From Lingula anatina (lineage: Eukaryota > Animalia > Brachiopoda), in NCBI GenBank assembly GCA_051362555.1, contig CM120644.1, positions 9,804,954-9,868,953 of the forward strand: DNA of 64,000 nt. The letters run 5' to 3'. Position numbers and translations under genes: made by a program. Below the pieces are notes generated by a model that was not told where the DNA came from, searched no databases, and worked only from the letters and a program-made list of their open reading frames with translations. Positions 24,992-38,163 of this stretch are shown one piece after another. How positions within the stretch are numbered: the stretch's first letter is position 1; every line of letters begins with the position of its first letter.

Positions 24992-25407
24992 TTTTTTATT
25001 CATTGCTTTGTTGGTTTCTTAGTGGTCAGTATATATTTTAAAGCATTTCATAAATTTTTTGACAGTTTTAGGATAGACAGTTTTTCGGTACAAAAACAAG
25101 TAATTGCAATTTCAACAGAACCCGGTTCCCCTAAAATTTTCCAAAGATTAATTATTTTTATTTACCTTAGCTTTGACGGAGCTCTGCCCTTTCGTTTCTC
25201 TACCTTTTTGCTTATTCATCTTTTTATTACATTACAAACAAAACGCACAAAAGTAAACATGCTTGTACTACGCGAGGTAATTATTCTAAACGGCTCATTC
25301 CCGCACCTGTAATTTCACTTAGTTACGTCTGCAGGTAAATTACATGTAGAAGAAGTACATTTTAGAATACAGATGTGAATTAACGTCAACATTGACATTT
25401 AATAAAG

Positions 25408-25727
25408 GACGTCAGAGTCACGTGGGATGAAGGATTTTCGGGGTTGTCGAAGCAGTACTGCGGGGATTCCCGGGTGTGAGAGGGGTACATATATAAAAGG
25501 TGGTGTAGGCAGGGTAGGATCAGAACATTGAATACGAATAAATAAGAGACAACATTTACTTTGCAGCCTGTAGCTAGGATCAGAACATCTAATACGCATA
25601 AATAAGAAACAGCGTTTTCTACAAAGTGCGCAGTGCGCAGAGGAGGAAAGTTGTGTCCAGTCGACATCTGATTTAGGAACTCAAACTTACACACCAGTAC
25701 TAGTGCAGGGAGTAGTATTCTATAAAG
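25408..25727 (+). promoter_or_regulatory. Putative kB/TATA promoter followed by a non-coding first exon
   Basis: GACGTCA, CACGTG (25419-25424), GGGGATTCCC (25462-25471), TATAAAA (25492-25498), then donor AAG|GTAAGC at 25727/25728. Confidence 0.5.
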
Positions 25728-28700
25728 GTAAGCTGCCGTTTTTTATATCGGTGCTGTGACGGCTGAGGAGTTTGGTTGAAAGTCGTATTCGAGACAAGTT
25801 GAGTCGATATATGTCTGAACAGCCAATTTCAGTGGGCTGTCACATTACGACGAGTTTACTACAGGAAACCCATCTAATACCTCCGTTGTCCCGTCCATCG
25901 CATCAATAATATTGTGATTAGTCGTATACAGTTAGATTGCAATTTAATCTCTTCTTCTATGAAAACGGGGCGAGAGTCCGCTGCAAATTACGTAGCAGTA
26001 CAGCGAGTACGCGCAAAATGTGGACAGCGGGCTACAAAGTTATTTCTTGTGGTTCGCGAGGTAAAGTGACACGGCTCGAGTGTTCCGCTATTCGTGACTC
26101 AAAACCGCACAGTCAGCGACTGGAAATGAGACTCATATACTGTCTGTAACTATAGGCCTATATAACGACGTTATCGGCTCAATCTTAACGCATCGGTAAA
26201 TCAAAGCCACGTATTTCGGAAATGACATACCTGACTAAAATCTTATTGAAAATGAGTTGTTAAAATGTCAAGTAGGCTACTTAATGATGCAATTGTCGTC
26301 TCGCGCGGAACAAATTGAATGTCTTTGCCATACGACCATCCCTTTATTGCTGACATGAATTGAGTTACTTGTACTTCGCTTTGGCCTATACAATTTTGAA
26401 GCACTTGCTTCGCCTTGTGGAGCGAAAATTTCTCCTGGGTGCGCTGGTCAAAGGAAAAGTCTTAGACCCTCTTGTCTCTCGCCTTTTAAGCACTAAATTC
26501 AAGGGTCTTCAGGTTTGCTTATATACGGACTCATCTTATGGTTATGTGGTTATTTGACCTTTGAACTACAACTTGACCTCGTTTTTTTACCATCCTGGTT
26601 TGCAGCAGTCATGGTCTGCGGTTTAGCCCTTTCCCTGAAAATAATAGAGTATAATTGTGATGATATGTTTCTCTTGCTTATATTTCTATCATCACAGGTG
26701 TTTGAGAAAAAATGACAAAATAACGGATAAATTATATGCACCGGATGTGTCTAGCCTAAACTGGTGAAACTAGTGTAACGATATTTTCATTTTGAGAACA
26801 AAGACTTCTTAGTAGTCAATAAATGTTCAGTTTTGGTAATGTTGTTAATATGCTTATGCTGAGGTTCCGTACCTGGAACTTCTTTGAACGGCACTATGTC
26901 CTGCAATCTTGGAAGGTGTGATAGTCATTCTTATCGGCCAGTGGTTAAGGTTAAGATGCTTAGAAACCGCACTTGTTGCATTAATTATATTTTGGTCCCT
27001 TCACATGTACTCTTGAATAAGTATCTCTGTAATCTGAAGATGACAGGGACTACTACATGTAATACGCAGCGCATCATGGCAAGAATATTTCCAGTGACTT
27101 TGGTCTTGGTATTAAAAAATATATATATATATATATATTAATCATTTGACGAATTGCTAAGATGCAATGCGGTTTTTTTTTTTTTATAAAGAAAAAGTAA
27201 AGTTTGGATCCGCTCGTCACTCATCTACATTAAAGACCAGTCAACCAACACTTGTTAGAACAGCTTTTAGTGCTGAAAATGACCATATTCTTACTTTTAA
27301 CAATTTTATCTTGACCGGCCAGTCCTTTAGAACTAACTCGCTTCATTTAAAATGTCTTTAATAATCGAAACCAAGTGCAGAGATGAGGAAAATTCGACTT
27401 GTCACGAAAATCACGGATAGGATATCTTAAATTTAACTTGTTCGCGTTAGAGCAGAGGAACTTGTTCGTGTATGTAAAGTGAGGTGATGAAGGGTGTGCA
27501 TATTGACTTGCAAAGTTAATTAAATTCGGAACTTTTGGTTTCTCATCTGACATGCAATTCGTCGCAGAGAATTTAGTTACGAGTGCAGTCGTGTCATGCC
27601 CCCCCCCCCCCCTCCATCGTCGGAATGGCTACTCTCCTTCGTGACATGGACACTACCACACCTGCTACACCAAGTCATAATTGAATAAACTGTTTACTAA
27701 ACAAGTGCAGATATATCGGAGAGATAAAGGAGGGAGATAAAACCAAAGAATAGTAAATAAGTCTTGGTTGACGTCAGTGTGTGTAGCATTTACTAGGGCG
27801 TAAAGTCATTTATTACTGAGCAACCATAATGTGCATATAAAAGTCGTTTGCTTATCCAGTTCAGAGGGGCTACGTTAACTTACATCTAAAAGCGCATTTA
27901 ACATCTACTGAATGTTTATTTTCCTTTTTATGCTCTGACAAATTTTAAAACTTCAAAGGAGGCATCATCTCTAAGCTAGATTCCTAAATGCGAACATTAG
28001 GTGCAAACGTGCACTCGATGTGATGAACGCACATAAATGATTTATATACCCCATTATTAGCTTCATCAAAACGTTTGTAGTGTCCACAGCGACAAGTTGC
28101 CCAATAATCCTGAATACTATTATTTTGGTGAAAATGACTGTAGCCAAGACATGAGCCGACCACTCCCAGTTTTTCTCTTGAATAAATAAACTGGCCCAAT
28201 CTTGGTTTTCCGCGGCCACACACATGCACACGCACCGAGCAGACATGCACGCATACATGTTCACTGGATACGTGCGCCCGCACACACGCACAAACGTATC
28301 AACACATGGTCACGCATGCACACACAGGCACACACATACATGTACTTGTACACGTAGCAAAGCTTTTAATGAGGCAGTCGCATCAAAGACTGCCCAGTGT
28401 GTACCATCCGCCTTCCGATAGATTTGTACGAGTCAGCGTGACATTACTGGGTCAAAATCTAACACGAAGCTTTCCTGTAAAAAAAATCAAAGGGAACCGG
28501 ACCCTATATCACAATTGAGTCTGTCGTTTATGACAATGGTAAACTGTATACATGATGACCAAGTACCCCTTAACTGATATGACGACTCGTTTGTGAGTTC
28601 GACATAGATGACCTACGTGCCCATATATGGAGATGTCCAGCCCAGGTGATAAAATGACCAAATAACCTTACTGGACATAGCGAGCACGCACTTTCTTAAT

Positions 28701-29178
28701 AATCGAGTACATCATCTTATCGGGGGTGGGTTTAGGCGTGGACATAAATACACCTTGATAAGTTTTATTAGGCTTAATTCATAAGGAATTTGATTAAGAA
28801 GAATTCCTTTTGAAACAGTAACAGTTCGAATAACTGGTGATACTTTTTACCTATTTTACGAAAACCTAATGATAGAAATACAAAGCCCTACATCCATTTC
28901 TTGGCGTGAAGTGTTTGCATAAATCAGAGCGATATCATCTCACTCCTGCAGATGCCTCGCACAAAAACACGCCTCTTTTTAAAATGTCACCGTGAAAACG
29001 ATAAACTACATACAGGGCGCCTCGGAAGCCGCGTGAAGACCTCCAGTCTTCCTCATCTGTGGTATAAAGCTACTGACCGCCAACACGGGGATGGCACCAG
29101 TGACCAAAGGTCCTGGGAAATATGATGACACACCACAATGTCCGAGTACTTTAATCGGCATTGATCTGATAGACATGT

Positions 29179-29359
29179 CAGGCCCGTAGCCGGGTGAGGG
29201 GGGGGGATGGGGTTGGGGGGTTTGAAAGAACACCCCCTTTTTGCCGGGAACAGGTCCCCTTTGGTTAAAGTTTTATCTAGGTACACGAAGGTTTCATGGT
29301 AAAAGGTCCACCGTTTCAGAAAAAGAACCACTCTTTTGAAATTGCTGAACACGGGCCTG
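29179..29359. mobile_element. Short MITE, CAGGCCCGYAGCC family, copy 2
   Basis: Termini CAGGCCCGT / ACGGGCCTG; flanks catgt / tatgt; internal similarity to 10324-10490. Confidence 0.7.
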
Positions 29360-30352
29360 TATGTTAGCATGTTTATGCAGCGGAGGGGGGGGGGGGGGGG
29401 GGGGCGCAGAGATCCACTTAACTTCGAAGGTTAATATGTACCCATTTCTCCCTCCTCAAATAATTAGTTACGACATCCTGCCCAACGATGTCTATTGATT
29501 AAGAATATCGTGACTGACTTTCAATAATACGAGGTAAAAACAAATCTTCCGTTTATCTGGTTGTACTTGGATAATAACTCTAATTCTTGGACAGGATTCT
29601 GAAGTGTCGCTTCCCCTGCGGGACCCGATCCTAGGCTGGTTAGCGTCACGATACACGAATATACTGATACCTGGCAACTGTGACAGAGGCTCTTGAGCTC
29701 ACGTCCTTCAGGCAAAGACCGCCTATTTCTTGTAATATTCCAATTGTGTTTTACTTTCTACATTATTGGAAGGAATTTTTCCATCATAGTAAGGCATCTT
29801 CCCTGATGTATTCTTTTTTTTATTTGCGTATTTTGCAATCTCGACCACGTCAAATTTCGAGTGCTTAAAACTTCTTTAAAATTTTTTTTTTCATTATTGC
29901 ATTCATTTCAATCACGTTGCACCTTTGTTAGTTCTTGGAAGCATGCAAGAAAAATATCCCCGTTTAAAAGACACCACACCGCACCACGCGTCATAGTGTC
30001 GTCGCCTACAGGGAAACACACCCCTTGAATCCAATACACTTGTCAAAGGCAATAACAAAGAAAATAAAAAATCTAAATATCGTATTTTGCTGAGTAAGAG
30101 TGGAGGAAGTAAGCATTGTTACAGACACTTGACTAAGGATAAAAAATTACTGTCTTCTCGACTGAGTAAGTGTGGTGACACTAAAACCATAAGCAGCCAC
30201 TATCATATCCAGTATTGGTGACTAGGTAAACGTGGCTGAAGAAGGAAGTTGTAGTTTTCGTTATGGTCGGTGAGCAAGCTAGCGTGCCCCGCAGTGCACA
30301 CCGAGATCAGCAATTATAGTGTTTTATAATGTCTGACTCACCCGGGATCTGC

Positions 30353-30463
30353 GAGATAAGTTTTGCTATAAAAGTAAACACATCCACTGATTCTACACTT
30401 ACAAATTTAATCCAACTGCAGTGTGATATAGAGGACTTGACAATAGCACTTTAATAATATTTG
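30353..30463 (+). promoter_or_regulatory. GATA site, TATA box (30367-30373) and non-coding exon 1 of the CAP gene
   Basis: GAGATAAG, TATAAAA, donor TTG|GTAAGC at 30464; acceptor tttcag at 30668 precedes the ATG at 30687. Confidence 0.55.
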
Positions 30464-30686
30464 GTAAGCGCTGTTTGTTGTATGAAAGACGGGATACTTG
30501 GGATTTCATTCTCGTATTAAAATATACAGTTGCTGATTAATTAAGAATGATGTGATCATTACATTTATTTATTTATTTATTACTTGTTAACTCATTGATA
30601 CATTGAACTTGTTTTCCCTTAATTAGTCTGTTGATTACGTTTTTAACCACAGTTTTTCATCCTTTCAGATAAGACAGTATTCCAAG

Positions 30687-30792
30687 ATGAAAACTCTCCT
30701 GGTAGTTTTATTTTCCATTGTATGTCTAGCCAGCAATGGTAAGTACATGTTTCTTTATTCTCTGTCTCTTTCTTTGCGTTTTAAACTATTTC

Positions 30793-30866
<74 letters not shown>

Positions 30867-33800
30867 TCATCAATCAATCCCTCCTCTATACGATGTTTAT
30901 TGCTAATCAAACGGTCACTGAACGAAGTGAATATATTTTTTTACCGTTTTTTTAAATGGTTCTTAAAAAGGTAGCATTTTAGCTTGTGTTAAATCTTTGA
31001 CAGTTTTATGGCTTTTATTGTAGATAACAAGTTAACTTGTTTCTTACGTTTTACACGGTAGAAGGACAAACTTTGAATTGACCTTTCTCACGACAGAAAA
31101 CCTCGACCTTGAAATAATAATACAGTTTGTGCACCTTTCCCTTATTTCGGCTATGACACCTTGCAAAACACCATTTAGCATGTAAATAAAGAAGACGTGT
31201 GCCATTGCTGATTTTTATGTAGCATTAAAAGTTTTTAATAAGGCGTTTGTTGACCTTGAGGTCATTAGTTTTACCTCCTCAAGAGACTTGATGTCCAATA
31301 ACGTGCGTTAGCCAGACGTCTGTAAAAGATAAAGGGGTATTGACGTCGGGGCACTGCTATTATCTCTGCAGCAGTTTGCATTTTAGGAGTTTAATCTAAT
31401 AATATCCACCGCACGTGCATGTGTTGACTCTCCAAGTCAATATTGACTGATGAAGTATGATAATTTTTCAGCGCTGTCAACGCCATGGACATTTATAAGA
31501 AACGAACAATGAATAAGCTAGGGTAAAAGAGTACATTATCCTTCCATTTAGGACCATAATGGCTTACATCATTCATTCATTCATTCATTCATTCATCTAT
31601 TTGCCATCTTAAAACAGTTCTGGAGACAATTACATTTAATAATTTGTATGTATTTTAGTGCAGGGACGAAGAATAAAGCGAGAGATTCCAAAATACTCAC
31701 TGGCTGACAAAAAAGCTATTGTAGACGCACATAATAACAAAAGAAGAAGTGTCGTGCCCCCCGCCACAAACATGAAATCTATGGTGAGTAAAACGGATCT
31801 CAACATCTTTCAAACAAAAAGAGAATTCTGTAGTGCGTATGTCAATGAACATAACATTTATATTAACCATGGTGCGTATAATTCAATTCTATTGCCTTAA
31901 AACTTAGGACAACCAAAAGCACTTTACAACTTTTTTTCTTAACAGAAATGCTTGGAGGGACATTAGTGTGTTAGTTGTGACGATGACGATTGCGATTGCT
32001 TAATTTCCAGGTGTGGGACGACGAACTAGAGAGCGTGGCTCAGAACTGGGCCGACCAGTGCGATTACAAACACGGCCACAACATCCCACAGAACTCCGAG
32101 TTCCAAAGAACGAAGCCCGGGCAGAATCTGTTCGCGACAACCCGACGACCAGTCGATCCTACGAGGTCGCTTTACTATTGGGTGGACGAGGAGATCCCGT
32201 TTTATACCTACGCCAATAATAGCTGTGTACCCGGAGAGAAATGTGGGCATTATACACAGGTAATTGTCACAACACAATGGAAAACTTTTTCTCAACTACC
32301 GCATTTGGAAAGCTTTAATTTATATAAGCAGTAATAAGTTGCAGGTGCATTGAGGGTTGTCACATTTTGCAAGACGCCCCGTATTGCATTTCCAAATTAA
32401 CAACTAAAACCAGACGTCATAATGGCGTTTATTATATATTGCTTTGTCTCTGTCGATAATTTACCAGCAGGAATACAACACTTAAAACATTTAAAGGTTA
32501 AAATCTTTAAAATATTTAAATTCGTATAATTGATTTTTTTGTTTGTTCTTATTATAGGCCGTCTGGGCAGATAGTCACCGCGTGGGTTGCGCAGTCGCAG
32601 AGTGTGCCGTAAAATCTCCATTCCTTGGCTACCGCGGCGTATGGTACTACGTCGTCTGCAACTATTACCCACCGTAAGTCGAATTGTTGAGTGAAAGAAA
32701 AAATGAATTTTAAAAGCAAGTGCACAAAAAAGTAAACAATAAATAATAATTAGAAAGATGTTCAAATGATAAATCAATTACAGGTGGATGAATACAAAAA
32801 AGACAAATGCACGGATAGACACATGAACGATTGGCTTAATAATGAAGGTTTAGCAAACAATTAAATAGTGTGGCATATAAATGTCTTTTACACAGGGTCT
32901 TAGTACCAAGTTATCATAGAACTATTTAATGGCATTTAGAAGAAGAGTCTAATCTTCTACTTTCGTGTCTGATTCACTTAACAATTTTGGCGTCTGACGC
33001 ACTTATTAAGTACACGGCAATAATCACTTCCTTTCGTGTATCTTTGAAGACTTCATCGATTTCTCACTTCATCTACCTTAAGTTTGTCGACATTCGCATC
33101 AGTGATATTGGATTTACCATTAGATGCCATTTGAATCCGTTCCTAAAATCCACCAACATTGAATAATTCAACAGTATGCTGACGTACGTTTGTGAATACG
33201 CTGTAAATGTAAAAAATAATGGCATTGCTGTTAGGCTTCAATTCTACAGTTTGCAACTAGAGTCTTATCGCATCATTGAGAGTCGAAGATGTTTTCTTGC
33301 AGAGGGAGTTTTCTCAAGGTTTTACATCCCCCAATTTTTGCCCGTTTTGCTAAAAGTACTCCTTGAAAACGTCTGAGTCCCATCTTCGTTTCAACGCTTC
33401 ACATGTAATTGTCAATGTAAAGTTCTGTCCGAGTGAGACATGGAGATTAGGCCCCCTACTGAATTAAAAAAATATTGCATATTTCAATATGGTATATTTT
33501 ACATTACAGAGGCAACTACATTGGTCAGAAGCCATACAGAGCGGGAGCCACCTGCTCGGAGTGTGCTACAGACGACTCACAGAACACTGGAGAGTGCGCA
33601 GCTGGACTGTGCCGTAAGTCACGTGATACCCAGCATTCACACTATTGTTTGTTTGAAGTGCACGTGTTGTGTTGAGCCATCGCTTTTTTAACATTCATTT
33701 CCATTTGCTACGAGTTACTTTATGTTCATTAAACGTTATAATTGCACTACATACACTTACTTCCATAATGCACTCCAATTGTACTTTTTATTTATTCCAA

Positions 33801-35258
33801 TTTTGATTGTTCTCTTACAGCAACAGAATACGAGTGTTCAAGATTCCCAGAAAACTGCGGTAAGCAATCGTGGTGAAATCTAAATTGTCTTTTTGAATTA
33901 TTTTTAAAGTAACAGTTACACTTTGCAATCTTGGACGACGCACTTGTTGCACTGTGTCATATTGCTTCAAAATTAATAACATGAATCAAACCATTATATT
34001 ACATAATACATGTAAATGGTTTTAGTTTTACTTTAAAACACTTTGTGAAATACCCCGTTTAAAATTTTGGAAAAACAATGTACCGAGCGTACCGAATAGG
34101 AAAGATAGTGACAGTTTGACTATATTTTGTTCATTAGGTCGTGAGAATAAATGCGGATCAACCGTCCTCGCTTGTCAAAATGGCGGCACTCCAGACTACG
34201 ATAACTGCAGGTGTCAGTGCCTACCTCAGTGGACCGGGGCCAGCTGCCAATCACGTGAGTGAATTGCATATGAGCACCCCAATATCTGGATACCAACTTA
34301 GTTTGACACTTGATGGACAAATCATTTATTCTCCTCCCCTTCAACTATAGCTCTTTGAATCTGTACATCAGTAGTTTGTTCGCTACCAGGAACACATATA
34401 TGTGTATACATGTAATTAACGCTTCACGTAATAACCTTGTCCCATTTGTATCGTAGTAATAAATTTGATAAAACTTGATGAAAATGAAGCCTTGACACAC
34501 AGTGCATTCGTCCGCCCACCTAACACATCCAACACATTTGTCTTCTCCAGCCAAGTGTCCAGTTGTTCAACAATGTGAGCAGGGAAAACCATTTGACTAC
34601 TCAACATGTTCCTGTCAATGTGGAAAATACTTTAGTGGGGCTAGATGTGAAATACGTAAGTAGACTTTAATTTTTATATCTTGTACTTTCATTCGACATG
34701 CCAATAATCATCAAAAGAATAACGTTTGCATTTTAATGTCTGACAAGGCCACGGTATGAATAAAAAACGTAAGGTAGATAATAGTATAAATTTAATTCAG
34801 AAAGGTAGGCATTGGCAAGGAGATTCCAAAACTATCTTGCATCTTAAAACAAGCACCCTTAAACGCATTACAAATTGAAATAATGCCCCAAAAGCTAGAA
34901 TGTCACATACTACATGTGTCTAGCGGTCTTCAGAAAAAAATGACAACTACACGGAACATCCACCAACACATACAAGCCAGTGGCCTAATCTCTCACGCTA
35001 CCGCAATGTCTCAAGCATTGATTGTCTCAACTAACGCATTTTCTTGATGTCTTTTCCAGCTAACTGTAGAGCTATGGGCGCCAACAGCTTGGACAGGTAC
35101 TCTGCATGGTGTTCAGATCCCAACAACACGCCAAAATATTGTGACTACAGACTCTCGGGGACAACTGATCTGATCAAATACGCAGCATGTCCAGTATCAT
35201 GCGGGGTGTTAGAAGGTAAGTTATGGCACCTTCTGTCTTTCTTTCTGTCACTTCCCAT

Positions 35259-35289
<31 letters not shown>

Positions 35290-35674
35290 TATTGATTGAA
35301 CGTGTGCTAAAATGTGTGCGCGTATGTTTGTGCATGCATGTTTGCGCAAGTGTGTTTGAACATTTTTGCCTCTCTACTTTGCCTCTCTCCAGTTTTATTT
35401 GACATAATAGACTAAATAGTATTCTTGCTTTATTGCAGATTTTTGCCCAGGCAAGACCTGCTTGAATGGCGGCCAGTTAGAGTGCGGCAGCTGCAAGTGC
35501 ACGTGTCCTAGATACTTCACTGGACAGAGATGTGAATCACGTAAGTATTATTGAATTATTGCATGCTAAAGATACTTGAGATGCATGTCTGTAGGTTTAT
35601 TCGGATGAGCTTGAACTTAAGACTAAGACCCGTGTTAACTTGAGTTAGTCGGTAGAAGTAGATCTTGGTGACTG

Positions 35675-35736
<62 letters not shown>

Positions 35737-36803
35737 GCAGTACATTTGCAACCCACTTGTTTGGGAAAAAAAGCGGCATGCATGCTGTTTGTCTAAACCG
35801 CCAACAATTATTTTGATGTTGCATGTGGTTATTAATTCGTACATGTAGTCTGTAGTGGGTTGTTTCGTCTTATATATTTGTTTTCTGGTAGGCTACATAT
35901 ATATCATAGTTTATGTGGTGGTTTTTAGATGGTGTGGTGCACTAACGGTTGAATTCAGAATACTGGGAAATTTCGTACTTCAGGTTAAGCCAAGTACGGA
36001 ATTGCCCGACCTCGGCCAAATGCAAAAGTTAGTACACCTCGATAAGGAGAACAAATATCTTTTCTTTATTTAACCGCATGTAGTTGAATTTAGACATTTC
36101 TTTACAGGTGTATAGCCTAGGAAGGCGGGTAGATTTTGGGGAGTAGTTGGAGGTATGGTACCTATATATATGTATAGCCTTTACTTTTTAATTGTTTGAC
36201 AAGGTCACGTTTTGTAAATCTCACTAGAAAGTCTTTGTGACAAACACAAATCCTATGCCATTACTATGTCACCGCAAATGGTCTGTATATTGACGTAAAC
36301 CATGGCACTGAACTAAACATTGCGTGTTTGAATGAAAAAGTTTAATTTTCCGTACAGCAATTTTATACCTCTTAAGTACGTGTCAACAAAATTGATTTTA
36401 TTACGATCCCCGACAATAAAAAAAATAAAGAAACAGTGACACGTAATGGAAATGTGTTCTATACTAAATGCCCTATTGTGACTTTCAATTCTCTTAGATT
36501 ATGCAGTTCTTGTCTCTATCGTACCATAATGACGCTTAAATCTATGGTCTACACATTAGATGAAATAGACTTTACAAGTGCTTTTTTGGTTGAACATTGT
36601 TTTCTGTAATGTAATTATTATACGTGTTTTTCCCCTACGTATTATCAGCCAACATCAGCGAATTAGGCAAGAACGGAGCAGATGAGTGGTTTTGCAGCAC
36701 ATCTTGGTTTGCGCCATGGAAGTGCTCCCAGAGATTCTTCCAGGACGCACCAGAAGAGCTGATCCAGTACAAGTACTGTCCAAATGCCTGCAACATCATT
36801 TAA
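30687..36803 (+). CDS. CAP/SCP superfamily cysteine-rich secretory protein with two EGF + ShK-like modules
   Basis: Exons 30687-30738, 31659-31783, 32011-32259, 32558-32673, 33510-33613, 33821-33859, 34138-34254, 35060-35215, 35439-35540 and 36649-36803. Signal peptide; RIKR; CAP motifs HNNKRR, WDDELE, GQNL, CGHYTQAVWA, VGCA, VCNYYPPGNY; EGF units CQNGG..CRCQCLPQWTGASC and CLNGG..CKCTCPRYFTGQRC; CPVSC and CPNAC ends. Confidence 0.93.
30798..30862. repeat. (TA)n microsatellite
   Basis: Directly visible; intron of the CAP gene. Confidence 0.9.
35676..35733. repeat. (TA)n microsatellite
   Basis: Directly visible. Confidence 0.9.
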
Positions 36804-37181
36804 ATAGGAATTCAGACCATGATGGAAAACAATTGGCTGCATCTAAATCCCGGATCATTGGGTTGGACCTTAAAGAGGAAACCACGTGTCACCGGAACCG
36901 CGTCCGTTTTGCCAGTAGACAAATACCTTATTTATTCAATCAACGTTTAAATATTTATTGAATTCAAACCATTCCAGAACTTTCCTAAACTAGATATGAC
37001 GGAGTTCATGATGCGTTGTGAAAAGTGACATTCCAGTGGAACTGAGAGTGCAATAAGACAAACAAATCGTTCGTCTTCATTTCGTGTTAATTTTTTTTTT
37101 TTTGTAATTATTTTTGTATAATGCCACAAGTGCCAAGGCATTGACCTGAATAATACTCAGGGTCCATGTATATATTATGTC

Positions 37182-37187
37182 AATAAA
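37182..37187 (+). terminator. Probable polyadenylation signal of the CAP gene
   Basis: AATAAA about 380 nt after the stop, followed by T-rich sequence. Confidence 0.5.
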
Positions 37188-38163
37188 TATGGTATTTTTA
37201 TATTTAAACTCAATCTTGTTATTATTATAATATCACACAAAAGGTGTAAAATCACCTGCGCTACCGTCAATGAAACTAAACACAAGCAGTGCTTCGATCA
37301 GAATGATTTTATTGACGACCAATTTTCTGTCAAATGAAATAGATTACAGCTAGAAGAAAAAGAAAAGGAGGAGGAAAATAACTGCTCAATGCACCTTAAT
37401 CTTAAGGTGTTACAACAACATACAAATTAAAAGTTGGTATGCCAAAACAATGATTGACAACTGCTCAAAGTGTACTGAATATCATACATGAACTGTAGTT
37501 GAAAACATAACCATTTTACCTAATTAACTTAAACTTAACTAAACCCTTCCCTTTGAGCAAATACAACAACAACAAAGCTCTACTGTGGACTTTTTACCTG
37601 AGCTTCAGACTAAACTTGGCATCCTTCTGCTGTTTCCACTTTCTAACTTAAAATATGCTGATAACAGTACTTCGTTCCCAGTTAACCCCGACACTTGGGG
37701 AGAATACTGGAGTGTAACTAAAAAGAAAATATTGAAAGAACTTCTTTGTGATATATGAAGTCTTATATGAGCCTGTTAATTCCCATAAATAAATTATATC
37801 TGGAAATGGTAATATTGCACCTTAACTCCAATGTACATTACTTGGAGTGTGAGAAAAGAAATTAATAAGAAAAAGTTGTTTCAGATGTCTTTCATTCTTC
37901 AAACACCTGTAACCTAACACACACAAATAAACTGAGTCTCATAAATAAATAAACTATGATTACAGAATCAAACATAATACCTTAAATAGGTTAATTGGGG
38001 GAATGACAAAATTTCGGTGTGAAACAAACAAAAGGTACAAAACATGAAAGAAATTCCATGTGAGAAATGACGGCAGTTCTGTTTATAGCTCTGTGCTAAA
38101 ACTTATTACTTTCCATCAGACTTTTGTGATAGTTTTTACTGGGTAGACTTGTGTAACACAGGT

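Noticed and set aside
29006-29170. Possible tRNA/SINE-derived segment
   Set aside because: Only a weak B-box-like motif; no cloverleaf or second copy in the window.
34345-34607. Minus-strand ORFs vaguely resembling a Penelope/RT C-terminal fragment
   Set aside because: No convincing motif; intronic to the CAP gene.
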